Below, piece after piece: positions 18,511-26,154 of a stretch of DNA of 54,502 bases (positions within the stretch are counted from its first letter, which is position 1; the number at the start of each line of letters is the position of its first letter). A program made the translations under genes and the position numbers. The notes under the pieces are model-generated. The model was not told where the DNA came from and made no database searches. It saw only the letters and a program-made list of their open reading frames with translations. The DNA lies in the IMG/VR virus record IMGVR_UViG_3300020044_001189, positions 1-54,502 of that record; one strand, 5' to 3'. This DNA comes from a virus (taxonomy: Duplodnaviria; Caudoviricetes).

Positions 18511-18714
18511 ATGGACTTGAGAGAGTATTTCAAAGACGAGCCTATGGGGGCGGTGAACGAGATGGCTGAACATTTGGGCATCACCGCGACATGGCTGTCT
18601 ATCTTGATCCACAACCACAAGAGACCGTCAGCAATGCTGGCGATCAAGATTGAGAAAGCAACACAGGGGTTGGTAAAGCGTGAGGTATTGCGTCCTGACC
18701 TTTTTGTGGTGTAA
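18511..18714 (+). CDS. Cro-like/YdaS-family HTH regulator
   Basis: MAEHLGITATWLS...RPSAMLAIKIEKATQGLV.REVLRPDLF, typical of the YdaS/Cro family. Confidence 0.8.
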   Translation: MDLREYFKDEPMGAVNEMAEHLGITATWLSILIHNHKRPSAMLAIKIEKATQGLVKREVLRPDLFVV

Positions 18715-18722
18715 CATGGTTT

Positions 18723-18802
18723 GAAACACGGCTAGATGGGGATTGATCCCCCCGTCGAAAAGCGAGCCTCCCCGCCTGCCGCAGTTTCTTTGTCAACGGA
18801 GG
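18723..18802 (+). ncRNA. Putative structured cis-regulatory RNA upstream of the replication initiator
   Basis: Outer stem GAAAC/CGGC...GCCG/GTTTC, inner GATGGGG/CCCCGTC hairpin, GAAAAG junction; CCTCC complementary to downstream GGAGG. Confidence 0.45.
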
Positions 18803-18818
18803 ACAGCGAAGGAAAACA

Positions 18819-19601
18819 ATGTTTTACTATCCCCATCATATTGGCGACTATAAGTCCGCCACCGCCCATTTATCCAACGAAGAAGACTTGGCATACCGAC
18901 GTTTGTTGGAAATGTACTACGACACCGAAAGTAATATTCCACTGGAAACCCAGTGGGTTGCCAGACGGTTACGAGTGGGAACCGAGCCCTTAGAGTCGGT
19001 TTTAAATGACTTCTTTGTGCGCACCGATAAGGGTTGGAAACACTCTAGATGCGACCTTGTAATCCGCGATTATCACGAAATGGCGGAAAAAAACCGCAGG
19101 AATGGTAGGCTTGGTGGACGTCCTAAGTCTAATAAATCTAAGGATAAAAACCCAGTGGGTTCCCAGTCGGTTGCCAGTGGCAACCCAGTCGTATCCCACT
19201 CGAAAGCCAACCAAGAACCAATAACCAATAACCATAAACCAATTAAAGATACAGCGACTAGCGTCGCTACGCCTGACGGCGTGTCATCAGAAGTTTGGGA
19301 GCAGTTTGTCAAGCAAAGGAAATCCAAGAAGGCGCAGATTACAGGTTTGGTGATGGCTGGTATCCAACGAGAGGCTGATAAGGCTGGCTACACCTTGGAG
19401 AGGGCTTTGACTGAGGTTGTGGTGCGCAACTGGACTTCTTTCAAGGCTGACTGGGTTCTTGAGAAGCAAACGGCTACCCAGAAGGCGCAGGCAAACATGG
19501 CTTTGTTGACCAGAGGCATGACTGCCCCCAAGCCTGCCAATTTTTGGGATAAAACTACAACCTTGGAGATGATTCATGATGAACCCAAACGAATTCTGTG
19601 A
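18819..19601 (+). CDS. Replication initiator, DUF1376/YdaU family (lambda O-like)
   Basis: MFYYPHHIGDY...HLSNEEDLAYRRLLEMYYDTE; NGRLGGRP motif; internal iterons. Confidence 0.8.
   Translation: MFYYPHHIGDYKSATAHLSNEEDLAYRRLLEMYYDTESNIPLETQWVARRLRVGTEPLESVLNDFFVRTDKGWKHSRCDLVIRDYHEMAEKNRRNGRLGGRPKSNKSKDKNPVGSQSVASGNPVVSHSKANQEPITNNHKPIKDTATSVATPDGVSSEVWEQFVKQRKSKKAQITGLVMAGIQREADKAGYTLERALTEVVVRNWTSFKADWVLEKQTATQKAQANMALLTRGMTAPKPANFWDKTTTLEMIHDEPKRIL
19151..19243 (+). repeat. Putative replication origin: five 11-bp iterons followed by A-rich 7-bp repeats
   Basis: CCCAGTGGGTT/CCCAGTCGGTT/GCCAGTGGCAA/CCCAGTCGTAT/CCCACTCGAAA at 19151-19205; AACCA(A/T)N x5 at 19209-19243. Confidence 0.65.
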
Positions 19602-19950
19602 TTCCGACTCTGGTTTTGATTACATCTTCACCCGAATGAATGCCATCTACGGTGCAGGCTTTGCCAGACATTGGGATGGTATTGACTTGGCGACAGTGCG
19701 GGTTGAGTGGAAGCGACAGCTTGGCAAATTTCTGACCTATCGTCCGTCCATGGATTACGCTATTGATCGACTCAAGGGTGAGTTCCCGCCAAGCGCTATC
19801 ACTTTCCGTGAGTATTGCAATGCAGGCCCTGACATCCCACGGGATGAGCCGCAGATTGCCTACAACCCAACCCTTGTTGACCCTAAGGTCGTAGAGGACG
19901 CCAAGCGACGTTTGGCTGAACTGAGAGGTAAGCCATGGACAAAGATTTAG
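19576..19950 (+). CDS. Putative helicase loader/replication accessory protein (P-position)
   Basis: Directly follows the initiator; IF.RM.AIYG..F...W and FPPS...F...C motifs. Confidence 0.5.
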   Translation: MMNPNEFCDSDSGFDYIFTRMNAIYGAGFARHWDGIDLATVRVEWKRQLGKFLTYRPSMDYAIDRLKGEFPPSAITFREYCNAGPDIPRDEPQIAYNPTLVDPKVVEDAKRRLAELRGKPWTKI

Positions 19951-20126
19951 ACGCGCTCAAATGCCAAGTGGCTGGGTGTCAAGCTCGTTGGACGGTCAAT
20001 GCAGGCTGGAAAAAGTGCTCCAAGCATGCGTGGACAGAAGAAAACCCATACGAGCAGGTTCTCAAACCAACCTTTACCCAACCCCCTGTAAAACCGTATT
20101 ACGAAATTGATGATGGAGATCTTTGA
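19935..20126 (+). CDS. Small Cys/His (zinc-binding) protein
   Basis: CQVAGC...WKKCSKH. Confidence 0.5.
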   Translation: MDKDLDALKCQVAGCQARWTVNAGWKKCSKHAWTEENPYEQVLKPTFTQPPVKPYYEIDDGDL

Positions 20127-20374
20127 TGTCTCAAAATTGTTTATTTGAAAAGCTAGATGAGTCTTTTAGGGATGAGTGGAAAAACATGCCTGAATACGTT
20201 CAAGAAGATTTGACTCCTTACAGGGTAATTAACGTAAGATTTAGAAATGAAGAAGATGTTGCGTTGTTTGAAAAGCTGATGGAACAAAAGATTACTGAAA
20301 AGCAAAAGACATTGTGGTTTCCATATGCAGAGCCCCGCAGAGCATCTTTGTATAGGTACGTTGATGAATCCTGA
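20123..20374 (+). CDS. Small protein typically paired with TET-associated glycosyltransferases
   Basis: EWKNMPEYVQED...VRFRNEED...QKIT.K.KTLWFP; overlaps the GT gene. Confidence 0.55.
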   Translation: MMSQNCLFEKLDESFRDEWKNMPEYVQEDLTPYRVINVRFRNEEDVALFEKLMEQKITEKQKTLWFPYAEPRRASLYRYVDES

Positions 20375-21230
20375 TTACCCAATTTACATTGTGTCTAAGG
20401 GGCGGTGGGAGTCTAGGCTTACCAGCAAGGCGTTGGAGCGCATCAATGTGCCATATCAAATTATTGTGGAAGAGCAAGAGCGGGATGCGTATGCAAGCGT
20501 GATTGATCCAAAAAAGGTGTTGGTGTTGCCGCAGTCGTATTTGGATGAGTACGAGACATGTGATGAGGTGGCGGGGAAGTCCAAGGGCCCCGGCGCGGCT
20601 CGCAATTTCGCATGGAATCACAGCATCACCCTTGGCGCAAAACGCCATTGGGTTATGGACGACAACATCGCATCTTTCAACCGATTGAACCGCAACTTGA
20701 TGTGCAAAGTTGAATCAGGAACCATCTTCAAAGCCTGCGAAGATTTTGTTGATCGTTATACAAACGTAGCCATCGCTGGATTTAATTACGATTTTTTTGC
20801 CAAGGCCAAAGAACAGATACCGCCGTTTGTTTTGAACACGCGGATTTATTCGTTGCTGTTGATTAAGAACGATTTGCCAATTAGATGGCGAGGAAGATAT
20901 AACGAAGACACCGATTTAAGTTTGCGTGTACTCAAAACTGGCATGTGCACCGTTCAATTCAACGCCTTCCTACAAGAGAAAGCGACAACACAAACCCTTA
21001 AAGGCGGAAACACTGACGAGTTTTATGCTAAAGAGGGCACGTTGCCAAAATCGCAAATGATTGCTGACTTGCATCCTGACGTGGCAAAAGTTGTTTGGCG
21101 TTTCAATCGCTGGCATCACCATGTTGATTACAGAGCATTCAAGAAAAACAAACTTAGACGCGTTGAAGGTATTGACATCCCAAACAAAGTAAACAATTTT
21201 GGGATGAAACTTGTGGAGACAAAAAGGTGA
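20364..21230 (+). CDS. TET-associated (GREB1-like) glycosyltransferase
   Basis: PIYIVSKGR, GPGAARNFAW, HWVMDDNI (DxD-like), RYNEDTDLSLRVL and KGGNT motifs. Confidence 0.75.
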   Translation: MNPDYPIYIVSKGRWESRLTSKALERINVPYQIIVEEQERDAYASVIDPKKVLVLPQSYLDEYETCDEVAGKSKGPGAARNFAWNHSITLGAKRHWVMDDNIASFNRLNRNLMCKVESGTIFKACEDFVDRYTNVAIAGFNYDFFAKAKEQIPPFVLNTRIYSLLLIKNDLPIRWRGRYNEDTDLSLRVLKTGMCTVQFNAFLQEKATTQTLKGGNTDEFYAKEGTLPKSQMIADLHPDVAKVVWRFNRWHHHVDYRAFKKNKLRRVEGIDIPNKVNNFGMKLVETKR

Positions 21231-21439
21231 CCCGTGAAGAAGCGAACAAAATCCTCGACCAAATCCGTGAGGGCAACACTGGCTCCGCGACTTTCACCGA
21301 TCATTGCCTCTATGTCACAGGAGACCTTAGATCACATGAAGAACTGCGAAGCGCGAGAGTGGCTGAAGAGGAGGAAAGAAAAAATTGGCGCTTTAGGGTT
21401 AGAGAACGCGCAATACTGGTGGGGAGGAGTCAAGAATGA
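21227..21439 (+). CDS. Hypothetical protein (overlaps next ORF)
   Basis: GTG start coupled to the GT stop with GGAG RBS; MTREEANKILD. Confidence 0.5.
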   Translation: MTREEANKILDQIREGNTGSATFTDHCLYVTGDLRSHEELRSARVAEEEERKNWRFRVRERAILVGRSQE

Positions 21440-21632
21440 CATCAAGCGCATCCGTGGAGATCAAGGACTTGCCGACCTTATACGACGCATGGAAACCGAA
21501 CGCAACAATGCTAAGGCTTCCGTTTCCTCCAAGCGAGTTGATGCCCAACAACAAAAACGGCAAGCATTGGGCAACCACGCACAAGGTCAAGACGCAGTAC
21601 AAGGAGGACTGTTTCTACCTGACCAAGGATGA
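21312..21632 (+). CDS. Hypothetical protein (CEAREW type); start uncertain
   Basis: MKNCEAREWLKR...IKRIRGDQGLADLIRRM resembles a common phage early protein; overlaps both neighbours. Confidence 0.45.
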   Translation: MSQETLDHMKNCEAREWLKRRKEKIGALGLENAQYWWGGVKNDIKRIRGDQGLADLIRRMETERNNAKASVSSKRVDAQQQKRQALGNHAQGQDAVQGGLFLPDQG

Positions 21633-21861
21633 AGGAAAAGACTTCATCAACAATGGAAAAGAGATCAGGGTAACGCTGATGTACTTTATGCCAGACAAGC
21701 GTCACAGGGATGTAGACAACTTACTGGCGGCAAGCAAGGCGGGACTTGATGGTGTAGCGCAGGCGTTGGGTGTGGATGACAAGCACTTTCAGCCAATTTC
21801 TGTCTACAGGTTTCCCGGCGAGAAGCCGGGGTCATTGATCGTACAACTGGAGAATTTATGA
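21508..21861 (+). CDS. rusA: RusA-like Holliday junction resolvase
   Basis: LPFPPS..PN, PDKRHRDVDN...K..LDGVA.ALGVDD catalytic motifs. Confidence 0.8.
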   Translation: MLRLPFPPSELMPNNKNGKHWATTHKVKTQYKEDCFYLTKDEGKDFINNGKEIRVTLMYFMPDKRHRDVDNLLAASKAGLDGVAQALGVDDKHFQPISVYRFPGEKPGSLIVQLENL

Positions 21862-22274
21862 ACGCAGAACCTTCCCGTTCTTTTTACACCCGTGGATCCA
21901 TGATCCATCGTGGCTTGGAAAGAATTGCCCGCTGTCCCATGACAGAACAAGAGTGGCGCACACAAACCGAAAACATCTCAATTCAGAGATATTTTCAATA
22001 CGTTATTGACCCGCTGAAAAAAGATGGGTTTGTGCAAAACCGTGATGGGTTCTGGTTCATAACCAAGGCTGGCGAAGAGCGCTTGAGTGAACTGGGCGCA
22101 GTCAAAAAATTGCGTGTGCGTCACCACAAAGAGGATCTGTTAAACACCGTTTACGACGGCGCTGAGTTAGACCACATGGTGACAAGACCCGGCGCAGAGG
22201 ACTTCCTGACCTACCCAAGCCGTAGGTTCAATCAACTGCACTACCGTGATGGAAGAGTCGAGGTGATGGCATGA
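21858..22274 (+). CDS. Hypothetical protein (wHTH-like with RPGA.DFL.YPSR C-terminus)
   Basis: 138 aa ORF with ATGA coupling. Confidence 0.6.
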   Translation: MNAEPSRSFYTRGSMIHRGLERIARCPMTEQEWRTQTENISIQRYFQYVIDPLKKDGFVQNRDGFWFITKAGEERLSELGAVKKLRVRHHKEDLLNTVYDGAELDHMVTRPGAEDFLTYPSRRFNQLHYRDGRVEVMA

Positions 22275-22612
22275 GCAGGATGACAGACCCCAACGAGGCG
22301 ATTGACTACATCATTGCCAAGTCCAAGGACTATGCCCAAGCCAAGGCAAACCGCATCTACATGGAGGAACTGCGCAAGACCCTGAAGGCTGAGCTATGCA
22401 AGACAGCCCTGCACCACGGTTTTGAGGCGGTCAACGCTCAGGAGCGGGAAGCCTACAGCGACCCCAACTACAGATCCCATTTGCTGGCGATTAAACAGGC
22501 CGTAGAGGCCGAGGAACAGCTTCGGTGGATGCTGATAGCCGCCCAAGCCCGAATCGACGTCTGGCGGTCTATAGAGGCCTCTAATCGGGTGCAGGACAGG
22601 GTGACCATGTGA
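22271..22612 (+). CDS. Conserved helical phage protein
   Basis: AQAKANRIYMEE.RK.LKA...NAQEREAY...WRS.EAS.R motif. Confidence 0.6.
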   Translation: MSRMTDPNEAIDYIIAKSKDYAQAKANRIYMEELRKTLKAELCKTALHHGFEAVNAQEREAYSDPNYRSHLLAIKQAVEAEEQLRWMLIAAQARIDVWRSIEASNRVQDRVTM

Positions 22613-22884
22613 CCGAAAAGGAATGGATGAATGCCGTGGCTGAGCTAGGGTGCGGCATGTGCAGGCGCATGGGGTACGGAGAGACCCCCGCCCAGCTACA
22701 CCATCCACGAGAGGGGGTGGGGATGGCGCAACGTCAAAGCAATTGGCTGGTCATCCCCCTCTGCCCCGCCCACCATACAGGCTCCAAGGGCTGGCATGGG
22801 ACAAGGGACGACTTCAAGCGCCACAGCGTAGATGAGTTGGACATCCTTGCCGACACAATTGAGTTGTTGGCAACCAAAAGGTAA
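22609..22884 (+). CDS. Ref/DUF968-like HNH zinc nuclease
   Basis: LGCGMC...QLHH.R...VIPLCPAHH. Confidence 0.7.
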   Translation: MTEKEWMNAVAELGCGMCRRMGYGETPAQLHHPREGVGMAQRQSNWLVIPLCPAHHTGSKGWHGTRDDFKRHSVDELDILADTIELLATKR

Positions 22885-22977
22885 CCGATTACCTTGCAAT
22901 TACATCCCCGCAAACCCCTGTAAACATTGGATTTTTGCTAAATCCCCACAACTTAGTTGGTTATTGCTTTACATCAT

Positions 22978-23031
22978 TTCTTAATTCTGTGTTAAGATTC
23001 CAATCACTGCACCATCGCAGGGTAACTGAAA
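22978..23031 (+). promoter_or_regulatory. 54-bp duplicated promoter/operator element, copy 1
   Basis: 50/54 identical to 24813-24866; extended -10 TG-T-TAAGAT inside a TCTTAA-N7-TTAAGA palindrome. Confidence 0.75.
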
Positions 23032-23040
23032 GACACTGAA

Positions 23041-23397
23041 ATGAACAACGATCTCTCCTTCTCTCCCGTAGACACACTTGGTAACCTGTTGGCTCAAATT
23101 GCCGACCTTGAAGCGCAAGCCGAAAAAATTAAAGACCAACTCAAAAACGACGGCAAGACCGTTGAGGGCGTAATGTACAAAGCCACCTATGTTGAAGCAA
23201 ACCGTTCCACCATCAACTGGGCCAATATGTTTGCCGCTAAAGCTGGCGTAACACTTGGCGCAAAAGACACTGCCGCACAAGCTTGGTCAAAGATTGCGGT
23301 CAAGTTTGGTTTTGATGCTGAAAAAGAATTGCCCAAAGCAATTGCTGACAACACCAGCACCACCGCTGTTTTTTCCATCAAAGTCACCGCACGTTAA
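23041..23397 (+). CDS. Hypothetical early protein
   Basis: VDTLGNLLAQIADLE...IKDQLK...VEG..YKAT; first gene after the promoter. Confidence 0.7.
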   Translation: MNNDLSFSPVDTLGNLLAQIADLEAQAEKIKDQLKNDGKTVEGVMYKATYVEANRSTINWANMFAAKAGVTLGAKDTAAQAWSKIAVKFGFDAEKELPKAIADNTSTTAVFSIKVTAR

Positions 23398-23410
23398 TCA
23401 GGGGCTCACC

Positions 23411-23596
23411 ATGACAAATTACCAATACACATTACTGAGCAAAGCTCACCAAAGAAAAGCTAACAAGCTTGGTTGCGCGTTTGGAAACTTTGGGTGGGTT
23501 CTTGACAAAGGAGTTATTTGTAGCAAAACAAGTATGGGTTACCTGACCACAAAATATGTGGGTCATGGTAAATATGAACACAAATTAGAAGATTAA
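23411..23596 (+). CDS. Small hypothetical protein
   Basis: ATG after AGGGG RBS. Confidence 0.5.
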   Translation: MTNYQYTLLSKAHQRKANKLGCAFGNFGWVLDKGVICSKTSMGYLTTKYVGHGKYEHKLED

Positions 23597-23606
23597 AGGG
23601 AACACC

Positions 23607-23876
23607 ATGACATACGGCGAAATGAAAAAAGATTTTGACAAAGTAGTTCACCACACTTACTTTGAGCCAACCGTTCATGTAACGGCAGATGACTTGTGTT
23701 TTCTTTGCCTGCATGAGTTGGACTTGCATGCGGAGGGCGAATACTGGCATCCCGTCAAGACTCGTCGTGATCTGCTTAACTTCATAAACAAGCACGGATC
23801 AGACTATTACAAGAACGAAGCCTTGCGCCAATTCAATCTTGGCAAGGGCAAACTCAAGGCAGACAGTTACATCTAA
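23607..23876 (+). CDS. Hypothetical protein
   Basis: 89 aa with AAGGG RBS. Confidence 0.6.
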   Translation: MTYGEMKKDFDKVVHHTYFEPTVHVTADDLCFLCLHELDLHAEGEYWHPVKTRRDLLNFINKHGSDYYKNEALRQFNLGKGKLKADSYI

Positions 23877-23885
23877 TCAACCAAC

Positions 23886-23907
23886 GGGGGCGCAGTCCCC
23901 CATCTTT
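23886..23907 (+). terminator. Weak intrinsic terminator/hairpin
   Basis: GGGGGC-GCA-GTCCCC followed by ATCTTTT. Confidence 0.4.
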
Positions 23908-23921
23908 TAAAGGAAATCATC

Positions 23922-24776
23922 ATGTACCGTTTTGCATCTAGCTCCAACCAAACCAACTTCCGTTCACAAACCGAGTTGTCCAATGACACCATCGCCCGCT
24001 ATGCCCCCAGCGTGCTGGCTAATGAGGCCCACAGCAGTCGCGGTGAGAAGTACACCTTCATCCCCACCATCAAGGTGATTGACGCCTTGCGCCTTGAGGG
24101 GTTCCAACCCTTTGAGGTTCGCCAAACCAAGGTGCGCTCGGCACATCGTCGTGACCACACCAAGCACATGGTTCGCCTGCGCCATGCGTCGTCCCTGATG
24201 ACCAACGACGAGGTTCCTGAGATCGTGTTGCTAAATAGCCACGATGGCTCGTCCAGCTACCAATTGCTGTCGGGTGTGTTTCGTTTTGTGTGCTCCAACG
24301 GTTTGATCGCTGGTGACATCTTCAGCGACATCCGAGTGCGTCACCATGGCAACGTGGTGGACAACGTGATCGAGGGTGCTACACGGGTGCTGGAGAACAC
24401 CGAGCAGATCATGTCCCGCATTGACACATACAAGGCCATCACGCTGAACGAAGCTGAAGCCACAGTGTTTGCCAATGCCGCCTTGCACCTGCGTTGGGAG
24501 GAGGACAAGGCTCCTGTGACCGCCGAGGGCCTGTTGGCTACCAGCCGCTACCAAGACGCCAAGCCAGACCTTTGGACGACCTTTAACCGTGTTCAGGAGA
24601 ACATGATCAAGGGTGGCGTGGCTGGACGCTCTGCCCGTGGTCGTCGCATGACCACCCGTGGGGTAGCAGGCGTCAACGAGAACGTCAAGCTGAATCGTGC
24701 CCTGTGGACTCTGGCTGACCAGTTTGCCAAGCTGAAGTCCAACGTGGTGGAAATCGAGGAGTTGATGGCGGCATAA
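23922..24776 (+). CDS. DUF932/DUF945 family protein
   Basis: APSV...AHSSR..KYTFIPT, TKHMVRLR, EIVLLNSHDGSSSYQ..GVFRFVCSNGLI, DLWTTFNRVQEN. Confidence 0.9.
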   Translation: MYRFASSSNQTNFRSQTELSNDTIARYAPSVLANEAHSSRGEKYTFIPTIKVIDALRLEGFQPFEVRQTKVRSAHRRDHTKHMVRLRHASSLMTNDEVPEIVLLNSHDGSSSYQLLSGVFRFVCSNGLIAGDIFSDIRVRHHGNVVDNVIEGATRVLENTEQIMSRIDTYKAITLNEAEATVFANAALHLRWEEDKAPVTAEGLLATSRYQDAKPDLWTTFNRVQENMIKGGVAGRSARGRRMTTRGVAGVNENVKLNRALWTLADQFAKLKSNVVEIEELMAA

Positions 24777-24783
24777 GAAGTAA

Positions 24784-24806
24784 GGGGTAGGGAAAGCACC
24801 TACCCC
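24784..24806 (+). other. Perfect 8-bp hairpin directly upstream of promoter copy 2
   Basis: GGGGTAGG-GAAAGCA-CCTACCCC; no U-tract. Confidence 0.55.
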
Positions 24807-24812
24807 AATATC

Positions 24813-24866
24813 TTCTTAATTCTGTGTTAAGATTCCAATCACTGCAAAGTTGCAGGGTAACTGAAA
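24813..24866 (+). promoter_or_regulatory. 54-bp duplicated promoter/operator element, copy 2
   Basis: 50/54 identical to 22978-23031; all differences fall in the loop of a CTGC...GCAG hairpin. Confidence 0.75.
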
Positions 24867-24877
24867 AGGAAATAATC

Positions 24878-25138
24878 ATGAGATACAAAGGTCAAGGCAA
24901 AAAAGAATTTGTGGTTGTCATCAAAGATGACGATGGTTCTAAGCGTGTGTTTTCGCATCCTGTCACAGAAAAAAGTGCCGTGTTCATGATCCTTGGATCA
25001 TCACTGCCCTTGGACTACGTTGCAATACGCCACATCGAAGAGCTTGGCATCAAGTCCAACAAGGCGTGGCAACACAACGCACCCATCAATCCCCAGTTTT
25101 TGGGCGCACAACCAGCCCGCGCTGGCGAAGATTATTAA
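24878..25138 (+). CDS. Hypothetical early protein
   Basis: AAGGA RBS; first gene after promoter copy 2. Confidence 0.6.
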   Translation: MRYKGQGKKEFVVVIKDDDGSKRVFSHPVTEKSAVFMILGSSLPLDYVAIRHIEELGIKSNKAWQHNAPINPQFLGAQPARAGEDY

Positions 25139-25149
25139 AAGGAGCCGTC

Positions 25150-25344
25150 ATGTCAAACAAAGAATGGAAAGAAGGATTTGAGGCGGGCATTGACTTTTCG
25201 TTGTCCTTCGTCAACGATATGTTTGCTCACACAGAGCGCAAGGCTAAATTTGAGGGGCTCAACGAGTTGGTTGAGGAGTTTGGTCGCATGGAAAGCATTA
25301 TCAAGACGCTGGAACGTCAATTGGCATCTAAGGAGCAATCATGA
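25150..25344 (+). CDS. Hypothetical protein
   Basis: AAGGAG RBS; EWKEGFEAG motif. Confidence 0.6.
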   Translation: MSNKEWKEGFEAGIDFSLSFVNDMFAHTERKAKFEGLNELVEEFGRMESIIKTLERQLASKEQS

Positions 25345-25535
25345 GCGAAGATCTGGAATTTGCTATCAGGACGCATGAAGACAAACACGCCATCCGCATC
25401 AGCCCCAACGACGATGGGGTATGGCTCAGCCTGTCCATGTCTGGGTGCAACGCCTACACCACCATGACCGCCGCGCAGGCCCAAAAGCTTATCGAGGCGC
25501 TGACCGCCATTGTTGGTTCTACGGAGTCGGCATGA
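25341..25535 (+). CDS. Hypothetical protein
   Basis: AAGGAG RBS, ATGA overlap. Confidence 0.6.
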   Translation: MSEDLEFAIRTHEDKHAIRISPNDDGVWLSLSMSGCNAYTTMTAAQAQKLIEALTAIVGSTESA

Positions 25536-25636
25536 TAGTCACCTTCATCCTGTTGGTTCTTGGAACCCTGATTGGCATTGGGGTTTTTTGGATCATTGCC
25601 CTGATCTTGGCTGAAATCCAAGACATGGACAGGTGA
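25532..25636 (+). CDS. Small single-TM protein
   Basis: MIVTFILLVLGTLIGIGVFWIIALILAEIQDMDR; ATGA overlap. Confidence 0.5.
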   Translation: MIVTFILLVLGTLIGIGVFWIIALILAEIQDMDR

Positions 25637-25646
25637 GGGGTGTGGA

Positions 25647-25841
25647 ATGCTAGACCCCAAAACCGCACCAGAGCCCCTACAGCACGCCGAAGGCTCGCCT
25701 GCATGGGTAGACCTCACCAAGGCTCGTTTGATGGCCTACAGCACCCAAATAACCCGTTTAAAGGCGGAAAACCTAAACCTCAAGCGCACTGTCAAGCAAA
25801 TGGAGCGCCGAATCTTAAGAAGTGAGCATCGCGATGACTGA
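25647..25841 (+). CDS. Small coiled-coil protein
   Basis: GAGGGG RBS. Confidence 0.5.
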   Translation: MLDPKTAPEPLQHAEGSPAWVDLTKARLMAYSTQITRLKAENLNLKRTVKQMERRILRSEHRDD

Positions 25842-26154
25842 AGAAGACGAAGCATTCAACGAGATTGAACGACAAGCCAAGCAACGCAAAGAATCGGTGA
25901 GAGCGGCAATAAACAAGGATAAACCAATGAATAACCCATTAGCTTTTCCAAACCCAAACAGGATAGATCAAACAGGCATGACCTTGCGGGACTGCTTTGC
26001 GGCGCAAGCTATGCCGTCGGCACTAAAGATTTTGATGCATGACTATTCTCGTGACATGGACGATTGGTCTTGGAATTACAAAGTTGACAATGAAATGTTG
26101 GCTGAAGCCGCTTACCAAATAGCAGACGCAATGCTGAAAGCGAGGGAGGCATGA
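25834..26154 (+). CDS. Hypothetical protein (GMTLRDxFAAxAM family)
   Basis: AFP...GMTLRDCFAAQAM...AYQIADAMLKARE motif. Confidence 0.75.
   Translation: MTEEDEAFNEIERQAKQRKESVRAAINKDKPMNNPLAFPNPNRIDQTGMTLRDCFAAQAMPSALKILMHDYSRDMDDWSWNYKVDNEMLAEAAYQIADAMLKAREA

Noticed and set aside
18736-18993. 85-aa ORF overlapping the initiator start
   Set aside because: It overlaps the structured leader and the DUF1376 gene out of frame and has no recognisable features
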